From Octopus sinensis (taxonomy: Eukaryota): a stretch of 64,000 nucleotides of DNA. The notes beneath the pieces are model-generated. The model saw nothing but the letters and a program-made list of their open reading frames with translations, was not told the origin of the DNA and did not search any database. This document shows, piece after piece, positions 34,116 to 47,021 of this stretch (position 1 is the first letter of the stretch; each line of letters starts with the position of its first letter). Location of the stretch: contig NC_043012.1 in the NCBI RefSeq assembly GCF_006345805.1, positions 1,612,001-1,676,000 on the forward strand. The letters run 5' to 3'. A program made the position numbers and the translations under genes.

Positions 34116-34979
34116 TTATACCGGTTCACCAATATCTTCTTCGTTGTGTTGTTGAGTATAAGTTTCAATATTAGGAGTAGGAATATTCAGTTCTGATAAC
34201 GGAATGGCATCGTCTAAGTTGGAACAATCGAGTCCTAGATTATTCGACAACCATTTGGTTGGTTTAGAAGGGAAAAGCTTCCAGCTTGGACTGATGGCTT
34301 TGTAAAGTTTCCGTACGTTAGGGTAAAGATCCAAGATTTCCAAAGCGAACGTCCGGTGCAGTATCCAAAGGCGACTGGAAGCGGCGACGAGGGCGAGAAT
34401 TTTGTGCATGTTATGACCGATATGTAAATATTGTTTTAACTTGATAAAACACTCAGCACAAAGTTTGTAGGCTTTTATATGCAGGGCCACGGCTCCCAAC
34501 AATCGAATGAGGAGATATTCCACAAGTTTTGGAGATGGCATATAGGTTTCTCGTTCGAAAGAATTGAAACTTCCCAAAGAAAAATTCACTTTGTGGACCA
34601 AACGGACGAGTTTTATCTTCGACCGTTTCTTAGAACACTGAGCCATTCTGCGAACATAGCGCCAGTGGATGAACGGAAGCATTGAATTATTGTATTTGTA
34701 AACAATTTTGGACAGAATTCTCTCCTCGTACAACAACTCTTTGTCCAGTTTCGACAAAGTAGCAGAAATCTTTTCCATTTCTACGATCAATTTAGCAACT
34801 TTGTTGGGTTTTTTCACGTTCACTGTAACCCGACAGACTGACGGAAGAGGCAAATTCAAAGACAAAACACGGTGTAAGATCGATTCCTTCGATACAACTA
34901 CCTCCTCTTCAGCTTCACCTACGTTCTCTTCTATCTCCTCTTCGTTCTTTTTCTTCTTCTTCAATTTCTTCGCCTTCAT
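34116..34979 (-). CDS. NEPRO: Nucleolus and neural progenitor protein-like (NEPRO/RMP1 family, DUF4477 N-terminal domain); 287-aa ORF, possibly spliced at its 3' end
   Basis: An uninterrupted, non-repetitive ORF with an in-frame stop just upstream of the ATG. LLYEERILSKIVYKYNNSM...YMPSPKLVEYLLIRLLGA...CAECFIKLKQYL...LVAASSRLWIL matches the NEPRO domain pattern as I recall it (VLYxNHNRM...VPSQPVVELVLMKVLGA...GLVSRLWVL), and the terminal EDIGEPV resembles DLGQPV. Recognised from memory, not searched. Confidence 0.8.
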   Translation of the reverse strand: MKAKKLKKKKKNEEEIEENVGEAEEEVVVSKESILHRVLSLNLPLPSVCRVTVNVKKPNKVAKLIVEMEKISATLSKLDKELLYEERILSKIVYKYNNSMLPFIHWRYVRRMAQCSKKRSKIKLVRLVHKVNFSLGSFNSFERETYMPSPKLVEYLLIRLLGAVALHIKAYKLCAECFIKLKQYLHIGHNMHKILALVAASSRLWILHRTFALEILDLYPNVRKLYKAISPSWKLFPSKPTKWLSNNLGLDCSNLDDAIPLSELNIPTPNIETYTQQHNEEDIGEPV

Positions 34980-35360
34980 TTCAGATCAAATTTCTTCTCC
35001 ACGTGTAATTCACTCCAGAGAGACACAAATCAACATGTGCTATAAATTTCCTGTTCTCTGCAGAAAATAACAACTTCCGTCTAGTTTGATTTACTGATAT
35101 GATCCTGTTTTTCTAAAGAACAGAGTTGAATAAAAAAAAATATGAAAAACATTATAAAAATATCAATGATGTATTATTATCATTATTATTTTTTATGTAT
35201 AATTTTATCGGACAAAATAAAAGCATTATAACAGAAACGAAAGAATTGCGAGCCAGCAGTCAGAACTTGGTTAAAGGGAGGTAACTGAACCCCCACCGTG
35301 AATTACATTGCTTGGAAAAACATACATACACACACTCACACATACATGCCTACATACATA

Positions 35361-35733
35361 GGCGCAGGAGTGGCTGTGTGGTAAGTAGCTTGCTAACCAA
35401 CCACATGGTTGCGGGTTCAGTCCCACTGCGTGGCATCTTGGACAAGTGTGTTCTGCTATAGCCCCGGGCCGACCAATGCCTTGTGAGTGGATTTGGTAGA
35501 CGGAAACTGAAAGAAGCCTGTCGTATATATGTATATGTATATATATGTGTGTGTGTGTGTGATTGTGTGTCTGTGTTTGTCCCCTAGCATTGCTTGACAA
35601 CCGATGCTGGTGTGTTTGCATCCCGTCACTTGGCGGTTCAGCGGAGGAATAGATACTGGGGGTCGATTTGCTCGACTAAAGGCGGTGCTCCAGCATGGCC
35701 GCAGTCAAATGACTGAAACAAGTAAAAGAGTAA
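35361..35733 (+). mobile_element. SINE family A, near full length, upstream of NEPRO
   Basis: Head, body, internal microsatellite and tail. Confidence 0.92.
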
Positions 35734-36089
35734 TACATACATACAGACAGTCAGACAGACAAACAGAAAATACCTACGCTGAACTATTGAGGTACTTGCT
35801 GTTACACACTATCAAGATTACAAATTCAGGTTTATACCTGTAATTATTGGGACACTGATTGAGATATGTAACACACTGCCTAAATACCGACCTTGAGAAA
35901 TTAGGCTTCTCAAAATGCGAAAGGGGAAAGCTGATTTGGAGACTACAGATTCAAGTCATCACTGGAACTGTAGAAACCTGTAAATCTTTTTCAGAAGTTC
36001 ATCATTTATGTATATATATATGAATATGTCTAGATATGCAAGAATGTGGATAAAAAGACATACATAAAACAAAACATACAAATCTGTAC

Positions 36090-36430
36090 ATATATATATA
36101 TACATACATACATGCATACACACACATACATACATGCATACATACATACACGCATACATACACATACATACACATACATACATACATGCATGCATGCATA
36201 CATTCACACATACATGCATACATTCACACATACATACATGCATACACACACATACATACATGCATACATACATACACACATACACATACATACATACATG
36301 CATACATACATACACACATACATACATACATGCATGCATGCATACATACACACATACATGCATACATTCACACATACATACATACATGCATACACACAAA
36401 CATATATTCATGCATACATACATGCATATA
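36090..36430. repeat. (TACA)/(CATG)/(CA) compound microsatellite
   Basis: Direct reading of the sequence. Confidence 0.95.
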
Positions 36431-36549
36431 TGCAAAAATACTTTGTTGATGTTTAAATTACAATGAAGGAACCTTGAATCAAGGTTAGAAACTGGCTCTT
36501 TCTCTATTGGCAAGAATTCTTGAAATAAAACTGAATAGACATACATACA

Positions 36550-36599
<50 letters not shown>

Positions 36600-36600
36600 C

Positions 36601-37210
36601 GAGACCTTTGCTGTGCTTCAAGCCAAGTGAGACCATAACCTCATGGCCTATGCCAGGAGTGTAACTATCCCACTTGTGCATACCTTTCCTTCATTGGATA
36701 CTAAACTCTGTTTGCGAAGACCTGTTGAGGCAAGTGAAATCAAAATCAAAATCAAATTTGATGACTGGCATCTGTGCTAGTGGCGCGCTAAGAGCACTAT
36801 CCGAGCATGATCATTGCCAGAGTAGCTGACCAGCTTCTGTGCCGGTGGCGTGTAAAAAGCACCATTCGAGCGTGATCATTACTAGCGTCGCCTTACTGGC
36901 ATGCGAAAAAATATTTGAGCGAGGTGGTTGCCAGTGTCGCCAGACTGGCTCCTGTGCAGGTGGCACATAAAAAACACCATTTGAGCGTGGCTGTTGCCAG
37001 TACCGCCTGACTGGCCCTCATGCCGGTGGTACGTAAAAGCACCCACTACACTCTTGGAGTGGTTAGCATTAGAAAGGGCATCCAGCTGTAGAAACTCTGC
37101 CAGATCAGATTGGAGCCTGGTGCAGCCATCTGGTTTGCCAGTCCTCAGTTAAATTCTCCAACCTATGCCAGCGTGGAAAGCAACCGTTAAACGATGATGA
37201 TGATGATGAT
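36601..37210 (+). mobile_element. RTE LINE 3' UTR with (ATG)n tail
   Basis: Same 3' UTR repeats and tail as 24214 and 26101, in the opposite orientation. Confidence 0.88.
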
Positions 37211-37225
37211 ATATATATATATATA

Positions 37226-37621
37226 CTAGCAGTATCGCCTGGCGTTGCTCGGGTTTGTAAGGGAAATAACTATATAAGCTATTTTTAGAGAGTTATAGCC
37301 AAAAAATAGCAAAAAAATGCATTAAAAATGGAAAAAAAATGATGGTAAATTTTTTTTTAAATCGTTGACTCATCGTAGACATTTTTAGAGAGTTACTTCC
37401 CTTACATAATAGCGAAAAAATGCATTAAAACAGAAAAAAATGATGGTAAATTTTTTTTTAAATCGTAGACTCATCGTAGACGCGCGCTAATATCTAGAAG
37501 GGCTTGATATGAATCACGACTATAAGATACCCGGTTTTGGTTAAACTGCACCGCAAAATGTGGGAGTAGTTAGGAATCTAAATCGTAGGAGACAGACACA
37601 CAACTTGACTTTTATATATAA

Positions 37622-37624
<3 letters not shown>
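37226..37624 (-). mobile_element. Non-autonomous Helitron, copy 2
   Basis: Highly similar to 6004-6391 with the same TC...CTAG termini; inserted in a TA run. Confidence 0.92.
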
Positions 37625-37676
<52 letters not shown>

Positions 37677-38472
37677 GAGAATACATTAACCTCATAAAGG
37701 GATGGTTGGATCCAAGGAAATACTGGCTCAATACCTAGTATCGTTGGGGAATAAAATTCCCTTAAAAATTATAAGTATATATTAAGCATATAGTTTGTAT
37801 CCATTAAAAAGAAGACAAGAAAATGAAGAAAAGGAAGTTAACAATTATTTATTATTAACAAATTGGTCATCTTTGCTTCTTACTGCTAATCCAATCAATA
37901 CTCTATAATTTAATTACAAATTTGTACATTAAGTTTGCATATATGTGACATGAGCATAATTTCATCAGAGAAAAAAGATGTACCTTGGTATGTTATACGT
38001 GGGACTACCAATTCATTTCAGCAAACTCATATATACATACATACATACATGCATACATACATACATACATACATACATACATACATACATACATACATAC
38101 ATACATAAATATGAGATGCAGCACGGACTTTGTCAGTGAACAGGTCGCGGATTTTAGCGACGAAAATATTTTGACAAATTAAACTTAAATGTTGAAGTGA
38201 ATCGAACGGCTTTTGTGTGTTTCTTAAATGGCTTATAAACACCTTCCACGCTGCAATTGTTTTCGTTTCAGCACACGATCTCAGATCAAATTACTTGCTA
38301 TGCAAGTACATCTCCGTAATATATATATATATTTGCCCATATAATACAGTAAATGAATTGATTGCATCGCAATCTTAACATTTATGTATTAACTTTGTTG
38401 GGTACTTCACTAGCAGTATATTGGATATATGTTATCCCATGGAGGGTTGCATTTACAACCCCTATCTCAATT

Positions 38473-38518
<46 letters not shown>

Positions 38519-39154
38519 CATATACATATACATATATATATATGAGTCGCCATGATAGATCGGTAGCCACTACAAACATTTTTTTTCTTTCCTTTTTTTT
38601 CTCTCCATGTTTCTCTCCTTGTTTTTTTTTTCTGTGTCCCTTTCTGTAGAAGAGCGTAGGCTTGAAACATAAAAGACTTTTTCTATTCCTGAGCATTATA
38701 CTAATACATCTGTTTGTTTTCTACACCACCTTTCTTTGTCATTTGTTTTTTGGGGAACTCTTCCCCTATATATATATTCTTTTATATATATGGTGTGCTA
38801 CCTGTAATTACTATCTCATGAATAATTCTGCCTAGTTAGTCTGATTTCATAATGTTTTGGGTGATTAAACTATTTGTTCCTTTCTATGATGTTCTACCCT
38901 ACTGATCATATTATGTATATTTCTAATGGCTTTTATGTAAGTAAGTCTCCAAATTAAATACCCCCCCCCCCCCGAGAAACTATATAATCATATATGTAAT
39001 AGCACCAGTAACCTTGCAACTTATAAAATACCTCTTTGGTCTGAATACCTCCAACTGCCCTCATTACTCCCATACCTTTGCTTCCTCTTTTGGGGTTACC
39101 TTTATCTCTCCCCTACCTCAAATTTTAATACTCTGTCTCTTTAAATATAAGTTA

Positions 39155-39195
39155 TAGGTCGAAGAAGGACAAAGATCCTGAAACACGTGTCCCTA
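39155..39195 (+). ncRNA. Hammerhead-like fold with a variant core (UCGAAGA)
   Basis: TAGG-TCGAAGA-AGGA-caaaga-TCCT-GAAAC-ACGT-GTC-CCTA. Confidence 0.5.
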
Positions 39196-39544
39196 GATGC
39201 AGCTCCGGCAGCCGGGGGTGTTTGTCTCTCCTTCGTAAATGTATATAAGGACACAGGGAAAAATGTGTCAAAGCCATCAGGAGGCGTCGATGCTTCCTAG
39301 GGCTATACAGCAGTGGTGTACCCCACTACTGTCACGTTCATGTTAGATTGACAGTATACAACCATTCTATCGCCCCACCACCGTACATGTCTCTACGAGA
39401 GATTTAGAAATTTAGTATTTCTTATTTCTTACTATTCTCTATAAATTCTTATTATTTTCGTTTCTTACTTTGATATCCTTACCTATTAACCTCTTATCCC
39501 TTATAAGTTGTTACTGTTCTTAAATAGTGATGTACACTTTCTAG

Positions 39545-40136
39545 TTACTGGTTCAATACCTAATATTTTTAGTGAATAATAATATTCATAAAATGATAAG
39601 TCTAAATATAAATCTTGGTTTATAAACATTCAAAAGAAAATTAAGAAAATGGAGATGTAGCATTAATGTCATTTATTAACTGCAAAAATCCAACATATTC
39701 TTTTACAGCTGTTTCAATTTAGACTAAAAGATTAAATTACAATAATTAAATCATCATTTTACACAAAATCTCATCAGAAAGGTAGAAAAGATCTGCTGTT
39801 AGGTTATTAGGTGTTGTGTTTTCAAATCATATCAGCAGACTCAGATGATTTGAAAACACAACACCTAATAACCTAATGGTATATTTTTTTCTATTTCTCT
39901 GCCTCTGAAGAGATTTTGCCTGATACAATGATTTAATTATTGTAATTTAATCTTTAGTCTAAATTGAAACAGCTGTAAGAGAATATGTTGGATTTTTGCA
40001 GTTAATGAATTGTATTAATGCTACATCTCCATTTTCTTAATTTTCTTTTGAATGTTTATAAACCAAGATTTATATTTAGACTTATCATTTTATGAATATT
40101 ATTATTCACTCAAAATATTAGGTATTGAACCAGTAA
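39545..40136. mobile_element. AT-rich fold-back element of about 590 bp with an internal perfect 32-bp hairpin
   Basis: Outer arms of about 240 bp (TTACTGGTTCAATACCTAATATT... / ...AATATTAGGTATTGAACCAGTAA); inner arms at 39799-39830 and 39845-39876. Confidence 0.88.
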
Positions 40137-40293
40137 TTCATGAGGCTATTTTAACCTCTAATTGAATATACATGTGTGTGTGTGTGTGTGTGTGTGTATG
40201 ACACACAAACACTCACACACACAAACACTCACAGACACACCCACACACTCACACAGAGACACACACATTCACACACATTCACACAGACACAGA

Positions 40294-40325
<32 letters not shown>

Positions 40326-40431
40326 ATATACAGATAGACACACACAGAACACAGACACACACACCACACACACACACACACATGCACACAGACACACACA
40401 CACACACACACTCACACAAACATCATGATGT

Positions 40432-40600
40432 AGACGACAGGTTTCTTTCTGTTTCTGACTACCAAATCCACCTACAACGCTTTGAGTCGGCCGAAAGCTA
40501 TAGCAGAAGAACACCTGCCCAAGGTGTCATGCAGTGGGACTGAACCCAGAACCATGTGGCTGGGAAGCAAATCTCCTTACCACACACCAATACCTGTACC
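40432..40600 (-). mobile_element. SINE family A (head and body)
   Basis: Family similarity. Confidence 0.85.
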
Positions 40601-41009
40601 TATATAGTAAAACATGGGTAGAGAATGTAGAAAACTATATGGTGTGTGTATGTGTGTATGTGTGTGTATGACCTGTTGGTGAATAGTAGTGACACATGGA
40701 CAGTGTGTATAAAGGATTACATATGGTGCAGGCTGTGTGTTGGTATGTCATAATGAAACATGGACAGAGGAATGTATGTGGTGTGCTGTGATGTTGGATA
40801 GGGTAGGGGCAATCCCCAATGGAATTTGGAGCAGCCCCTTGCTTATTATGTCTTCTATATTTACTCTTCAGAGGTTGAGTTGCTTTTTTTTTGTAAGACT
40901 AGTTTTTGTAATTATGAACTGTTTCTCTCTTCTTGAGTTATAAATGTAATAATGATGGAAGATTAACTTGTGGCTTCTTTTGTCTTTAGAGGATTTTAAC
41001 TGTCCAATT

Positions 41010-41321
41010 GATAGATAAATAGATAGATGGATGGATGGGTGGATGGGTGGATGGATGACGAGATGGATAGATAAATAGATAGATAGATGGATGAGTGGAT
41101 GGACAAACAACCAGTCTGACAAACAGATAGTCTGACAGATAGATTGATAGATAGATAAATAGATAGGCAGATGGATGGATAGATCGATGGATGAATAGAT
41201 AGATAGATAGATAGCTAGGTAGTTTGATAGATAGATAGCTAGGTAGTTTGATAGATAGATAAAGGGATGGATAGATAGACCAACAAACAGCCAGCCAGCC
41301 TGACAAACAGAGAGAGACAGG

Positions 41322-41362
<41 letters not shown>

Positions 41363-41520
41363 GGACAGATAGATAGATAGATGGATGGACAGCTGGATAG
41401 GTAGATAGATAGACATAAACAGATGGACGACTGGATGGATAGATGGATGAACAGAAAGATAGATAGAAATATTGATACATGGATGGACGGACAGACAGAT
41501 GGATGGATAGATGGATTAAG
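41010..41520. repeat. (GATA)/(GGAT)/(GACA) compound microsatellite
   Basis: Direct reading of the sequence. Confidence 0.95.
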
Positions 41521-41794
41521 ATAGAGTAAGGAGAAAATGTGAGCATGAAAGAGACAGAAAAAATGTTTCATATTTACAGTTCACTTACAATATAACTCAA
41601 CATTCCACCCACCCCACAAAAAGAAGACCTACACATGATAGTGTCTCACACACACACACACTCACACACATGCCAACTTAAACTTGCCTCTAGTCATGCA
41701 CACTCATACATACACAGTTTCATACAGTCACGCGCACACTCAAGCACATTCAAATACACCATATATATATATATATATATACGCTTACATATGT

Positions 41795-42060
41795 AGTGGA
41801 GGCATAAGGCTTAGTGGTTAGGGTGTTGGACTCATGAGCGTAAGATTGTGGTTTCGATTCCTGGACCAGGCGACGCGTATACATCTTGAGCAAAACACTT
41901 CACTTGGTTTTGCTCCAGTCCACTCAACTGGTGAAAAGGAGTAATCCTGCGATGGATCAGCGTCCTGTCCAGGGGGAATTTTTACACCACTGGGAAATGG
42001 GAAACTGGCCCTTATGAGCCTGGCATGGTTCGAGAAGAAACCATTTCTTCTTCTTCTTTC
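41795..42060 (+). mobile_element. tRNA-derived SINE with a V-domain-like segment
   Basis: GGCTTAGTGGTTAGG (A box), GGTTTCGATTCC (B box), CCTGCGATGGATCAGCGTCCTGTCCAGGG and a (TTC)n tail. Confidence 0.75.
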
Positions 42061-42133
42061 TTCTTACATACACAGTCAGACACTGACAATTTTACACGCA
42101 TATACTCACTACCACATCACACTCAAACATATA

Positions 42134-42349
42134 TGAGGGGTTGCTGCAAAGTTCCTCGCTTTGGGTAAAAGAAAATACAGGAGGATCAGTTAATTATGAT
42201 TTTATTCAATATATTCCCCTCTCAGATTCACACACTTATTGAAGTGGTCCTTCAGTTTTTCTAAGCCCTGTAAAAGAACTCAGAAGGTTGGGCCCCCAAC
42301 CAGGCCTTTCGCGATACCCTTAAAACCTGGGGCTTTTCAGCACCCCTTC

Positions 42350-42350
<1 letters not shown>
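42134..42350. mobile_element. Mariner-derived MITE
   Basis: TA|TGAGGGGTTGCTGCAAAGTTCC ... GGGGCTTTTCAGCACCCCTTCG|TA: TIRs of about 24 bp with a TA TSD. Confidence 0.85.
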
Positions 42351-42427
<77 letters not shown>

Positions 42428-43557
42428 TCTGTCGATTTGATTGAGGGAATGAACTAATATCCTGCATAAAAATTTGATCCCTACAAACAAATCATCTGTG
42501 CAGTTGTTCCTCAAGAAGTTGTGGAACCCTCATCTATCATTTACTATGGGAGAGGTCGTACATAACATGTTCGTGTGTATTTGGGTGTGATAAAACCTTT
42601 CACAGTGGGGATGGTCCCAGAAGAAAATTCTCCACCTAGATCTACGTGAAAACATATGTTGGGGGTGAATGGTAGGGGACTGTTAATAACTTTGTGGGAC
42701 CACCAAGCGATTGTGTTTTTGTGTTGTTCCACTTTGTCAGTTATGAAAACCAAAGACGTGACATCCCAAATAAGAATGAAATTGTTCTTATTAGATCAGC
42801 TTATGGAATGTTTGCTGATGTGCAAAATGCTTGGTCAAGCCAGAATTAATTAAATAATGTCACTCAAAGCAGTTGAATAAAAAAATATTTGTTTTAAGTC
42901 ATATTTAATATATTTGAGTGTATTTGGATGTGTTCAGAACTTTCACTGTGGAGACTGTCTCAAGAGACAATTCTTCACCAAGACACAAGTGGAAACACTT
43001 TGGTCGGTGCGGCCGTGAATGGTGTCCCTGGATTGTAGGACACATGCATTTCTGCGTTGTTCTGCTTCATCAGCTAATGGGTGTTGCTTCTGCTGTGTTC
43101 TGTTAAGTTCTGCATCCTAACAATAAAATATGCACTGAATTCAATGTGAATGATTAATCTCTTAGAGGCGGTGCCCCAGCATGGCCGTGTGGCTGCAGTC
43201 CAGTGATTGTACCAGTGAATGAATGAAAGAATTAATATATTGGTAATGACTGAATGACTGAATCTAGTGAAATAGGGTGTGTATGTATGAGTGCGGGTGT
43301 GTATGTGTGTGTGTGTGTGTGTGCGTGTATGTGGTTGAATGTATATATGTATATGTATATATTTGTATGTTTGTTTATGTGAACAAGTATTGCATATGCA
43401 TCTGTGTGTATGAATGAGTGTGCATGTGTATATGTATGTATCTGTGAGTGCGTGAATGAATGCATATTTGTATGTGGTTGCATCCGAACAGAGAAAAACA
43501 CACATGTAGACAGAGTAAAACAAAGAATGGACGAGGGAGAAAGAGTGAGAGGAAGAG

Positions 43558-43605
<48 letters not shown>

Positions 43606-44169
43606 ATACACAAAGTAACAATGAGAAAGGCGAGAGATAACAGAAAAAATACAATCTGTCATTTACTACAGGTAGTGGTGGATGGTGGTGGTGGTTGTGA
43701 TGGTTGTGGTGGTGGTGGTGGTAGTGGTTGCAGTGGTCAGCTGTACATCCTTCTTGTTCCTTGTATGCTGCTATACATGCTGATTAAGGTGAATCTCCTC
43801 TCTGAGGAGGTGAGGGTCAGAACTGGACATCTAGATTGAGGTCGCAGGGGTGACGGGAAGAGGAAGACAAGGAGAAAAAGGAAAGAGTTTGATGGCTACA
43901 TCCTAACCACCGCCACCACCACCACTGCCACCCCCACTACCACCACTATACCTTCCCCCACCAGCAACAACAACAACAGCAACAACAACGCCAGTGCAAC
44001 AATAACTATTTCTACTGCTGGATTCCACTTGATGCAGGTGAGGGTCATTCGTCTACATCCAGATTGAGGTCATCTCCACTAAGGTCGGGTCAGGGTCAAG
44101 GGTCAACTTGATGTAATCATCAAACTGCTTGATGGTTCGCTGGTAGATTTGCTACATTGAGCTGGCTTA

Positions 44170-44278
44170 TTGGATGCATGTGTATATATGTGTGAGTATA
44201 TGTGTATGTGTGTGTGTGTGTGTGTGTTGTGTGTGTGTGTGTGTCTATATATGTATTACATGCATGCAGTCATACATA

Positions 44279-44319
<41 letters not shown>

Positions 44320-44469
44320 GTAAATGCTTACACACAAACATGCACACACATTTGTATGTATGCATATACATGCATATGCATATACACACATTCATTTAAT
44401 GTTTACAGTGATTGTTTATTTGAAAGTTTTGCAGTTAAAGCTGGCTTCTCATTTACATACATATGTGTA

Positions 44470-44510
<41 letters not shown>

Positions 44511-44542
44511 TATATATATATACACACACACCACATATATAT

Positions 44543-44598
<56 letters not shown>

Positions 44599-45261
44599 CG
44601 TACATATATATATATAATATATGTATACATATGCATGCATATATGCATATATATGTATATATATTATATATATATATTGTTTGGCATCCTTTCTGTCTCG
44701 GGAGACAATGGAGTTGCGCATTTTTTTTTAAAAAATTTTTTTTTATATATATATATATATATACATACATATGTGTATATATATATATGTATACATATAT
44801 GTATATCTATCTATTTATCTACCTATCTATATATATATATTATATATATATACATACATACATATATATATGAGCATATACATACAAATATATATATATA
44901 TACATACATATATATATTCATATGTATAAATATATATACGTTGTCACACATGTGCATCCAGACATATCTGTCAGTGTATGTATGTGTATAGTTATATATG
45001 CATGTGTGTTTGTGTGCATGTGTATATGTATTACTTGTGCATGTGTGCAGATCCATTTCTAAATAATTTTCTCCTCTTCCCTCTGTGTGTGTGTATACAT
45101 ACATACATATGTGTGTATAATTACATATATATATGTATATATATATATATATATGTGTGTGTATATATATCTATATATATATATGTTTATATATATATAT
45201 AATACACAAACACACACATTGTATGTGTGTGTATGTACATATGTGTATGCATGCATGTATG

Positions 45262-45295
<34 letters not shown>

Positions 45296-45390
45296 TGTAT
45301 GTATGTATGTATGTATGTATGTATGTATGTATGTATGTATGCATGTATGTATGTATATATGTATGTGGGTGTATATATGTGTGTGTGTGT
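44170..45390. repeat. Long compound (TA)/(TG)/(TATG) microsatellite field
   Basis: Direct reading of the sequence. Confidence 0.95.
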
Positions 45391-45899
45391 GTATTAAATA
45401 TACTGTTAGTAAATATATGGGATAAACAGTAGGTATTATTAAATTGAGTTTCCAACAGATGCCTTTATCAAAATGAGACATTATGTAAAAATATTTTGTT
45501 AGCAAAGTTTTGATGTGTGTGCATCAAAACTTTGCTAATATATATATATATGTACACTTGTACAGGAAGTCCATAAATTACCTTTACAATTGAGAGTGTG
45601 GATATGTGGAAGTTGTAAAGATGATTTATAGAAATTTTTATTCTTATGTTCAGTTATAATAAAAACAATTTTACATTAGTCTGAAGGATTAATCTACACT
45701 TTTGTTGAGTACAGATTTATTATTCTTAAACAAGAATATTATTGATAGTGACTTCAAAGTTCCGGCCAGCTAAGCCTTCTTCAAACTGATGTTGGCTTAT
45801 CTGGCCAAAACCTCAAAGTCACTGGGTCGCTTTGATAATATTGTGTTAACATATTTTGGGGATAATATTAATATTAATTTTAATTATATTTTAGACATG

Positions 45900-45936
<37 letters not shown>

Positions 45937-46126
45937 GTATATATGTATATACATATATATATATACATATATATATTATTTATATGTATATATATGTAAA
46001 TGTAAAAAAATACAAACTGGGACGAGAACATGAAACATTTAGAAGACGATACAAAAATCACGGATGGGATATTCGAAGCCTTCAATCTTCAGTCAAGAAC
46101 CAGATCATCTATACATATAGGCATAT

Positions 46127-46182
<56 letters not shown>

Positions 46183-46214
46183 TATATATAACACCCATAT
46201 ATATATATACTTTA

Positions 46215-46365
46215 TTTTTAAAGCAGCAGAAATATAACAAAAGCTCTTACTCAGAGTATCAGGTTTCCGTTCGTCGGGCAGTTTTGTTAAAAAAAACCCC
46301 AAAAACTGGGAACGTGAAACTCTAAGTAACAGGTTTTGTTATATTTCTGATGCTTTTAAATAAAG
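46215..46365. mobile_element. TA-flanked fold-back element
   Basis: TTAAAGCAGCAGAAATATAACAAAAGCTCTTACTCAGAG and CTCTAAGTAACAGGTTTTGTTATATTTCTGATGCTTTTAA. Confidence 0.75.
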
Positions 46366-46492
46366 CATATTACTCTACCTCTGGTATTTGAGTACTCTTT
46401 TTTCCTCCTTGTTTCACATTTAAGTGCTTACTCTGTTATATATATAATATATATATAACAATACATACATATATATATGTATGTATATATAT

Positions 46493-46536
<44 letters not shown>

Positions 46537-46787
46537 TATATATATAGTGTTGCAACCGTGCGTTGGTGGCGGATAATTGAAATTAAAATATTATTGGTGA
46601 ATTGAAGAAATGGAGCTGAACGCAGATTGTGAAATAAAACGATTTCTGTTCAATCTGCGTTCAGCTCCATTTCTTTCAATCACCAATATATATATATATA
46701 ATATATATATATTGTAGTATCCTCCGTCTTCAAATATCACGGTAGTGCCACAATATTGTGACAGATGCTTTTGGTACACTGTCCCAG

Positions 46788-47021
46788 TGTTGTAACGATA
46801 AACAAGATAGTGATGCTGCCATAAGAAAAAACGTAATGATCCAAAAATCTCTTCACAAACGAACAATCAATATTCCAAATGAACTAACTAACTGACACCT
46901 TCTGAAGTCACTGCAAACTCAACTCAAACTAACATACAAACTTCACTCTGACCACTACTATATATAATCGCTTGGTCTAGTCTATTTCTCGCAAGGGGGT
47001 GTTGTGACTCTCATCAAAACA
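46788..47021 (-). mobile_element. Putative LTR (234 bp, TGTT...AACA)
   Basis: Minus strand starts TGTTTTGATG directly after the polypurine tract AGGAGGAGA (47030-47022) and ends ...GTTACAACA. Confidence 0.6.
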
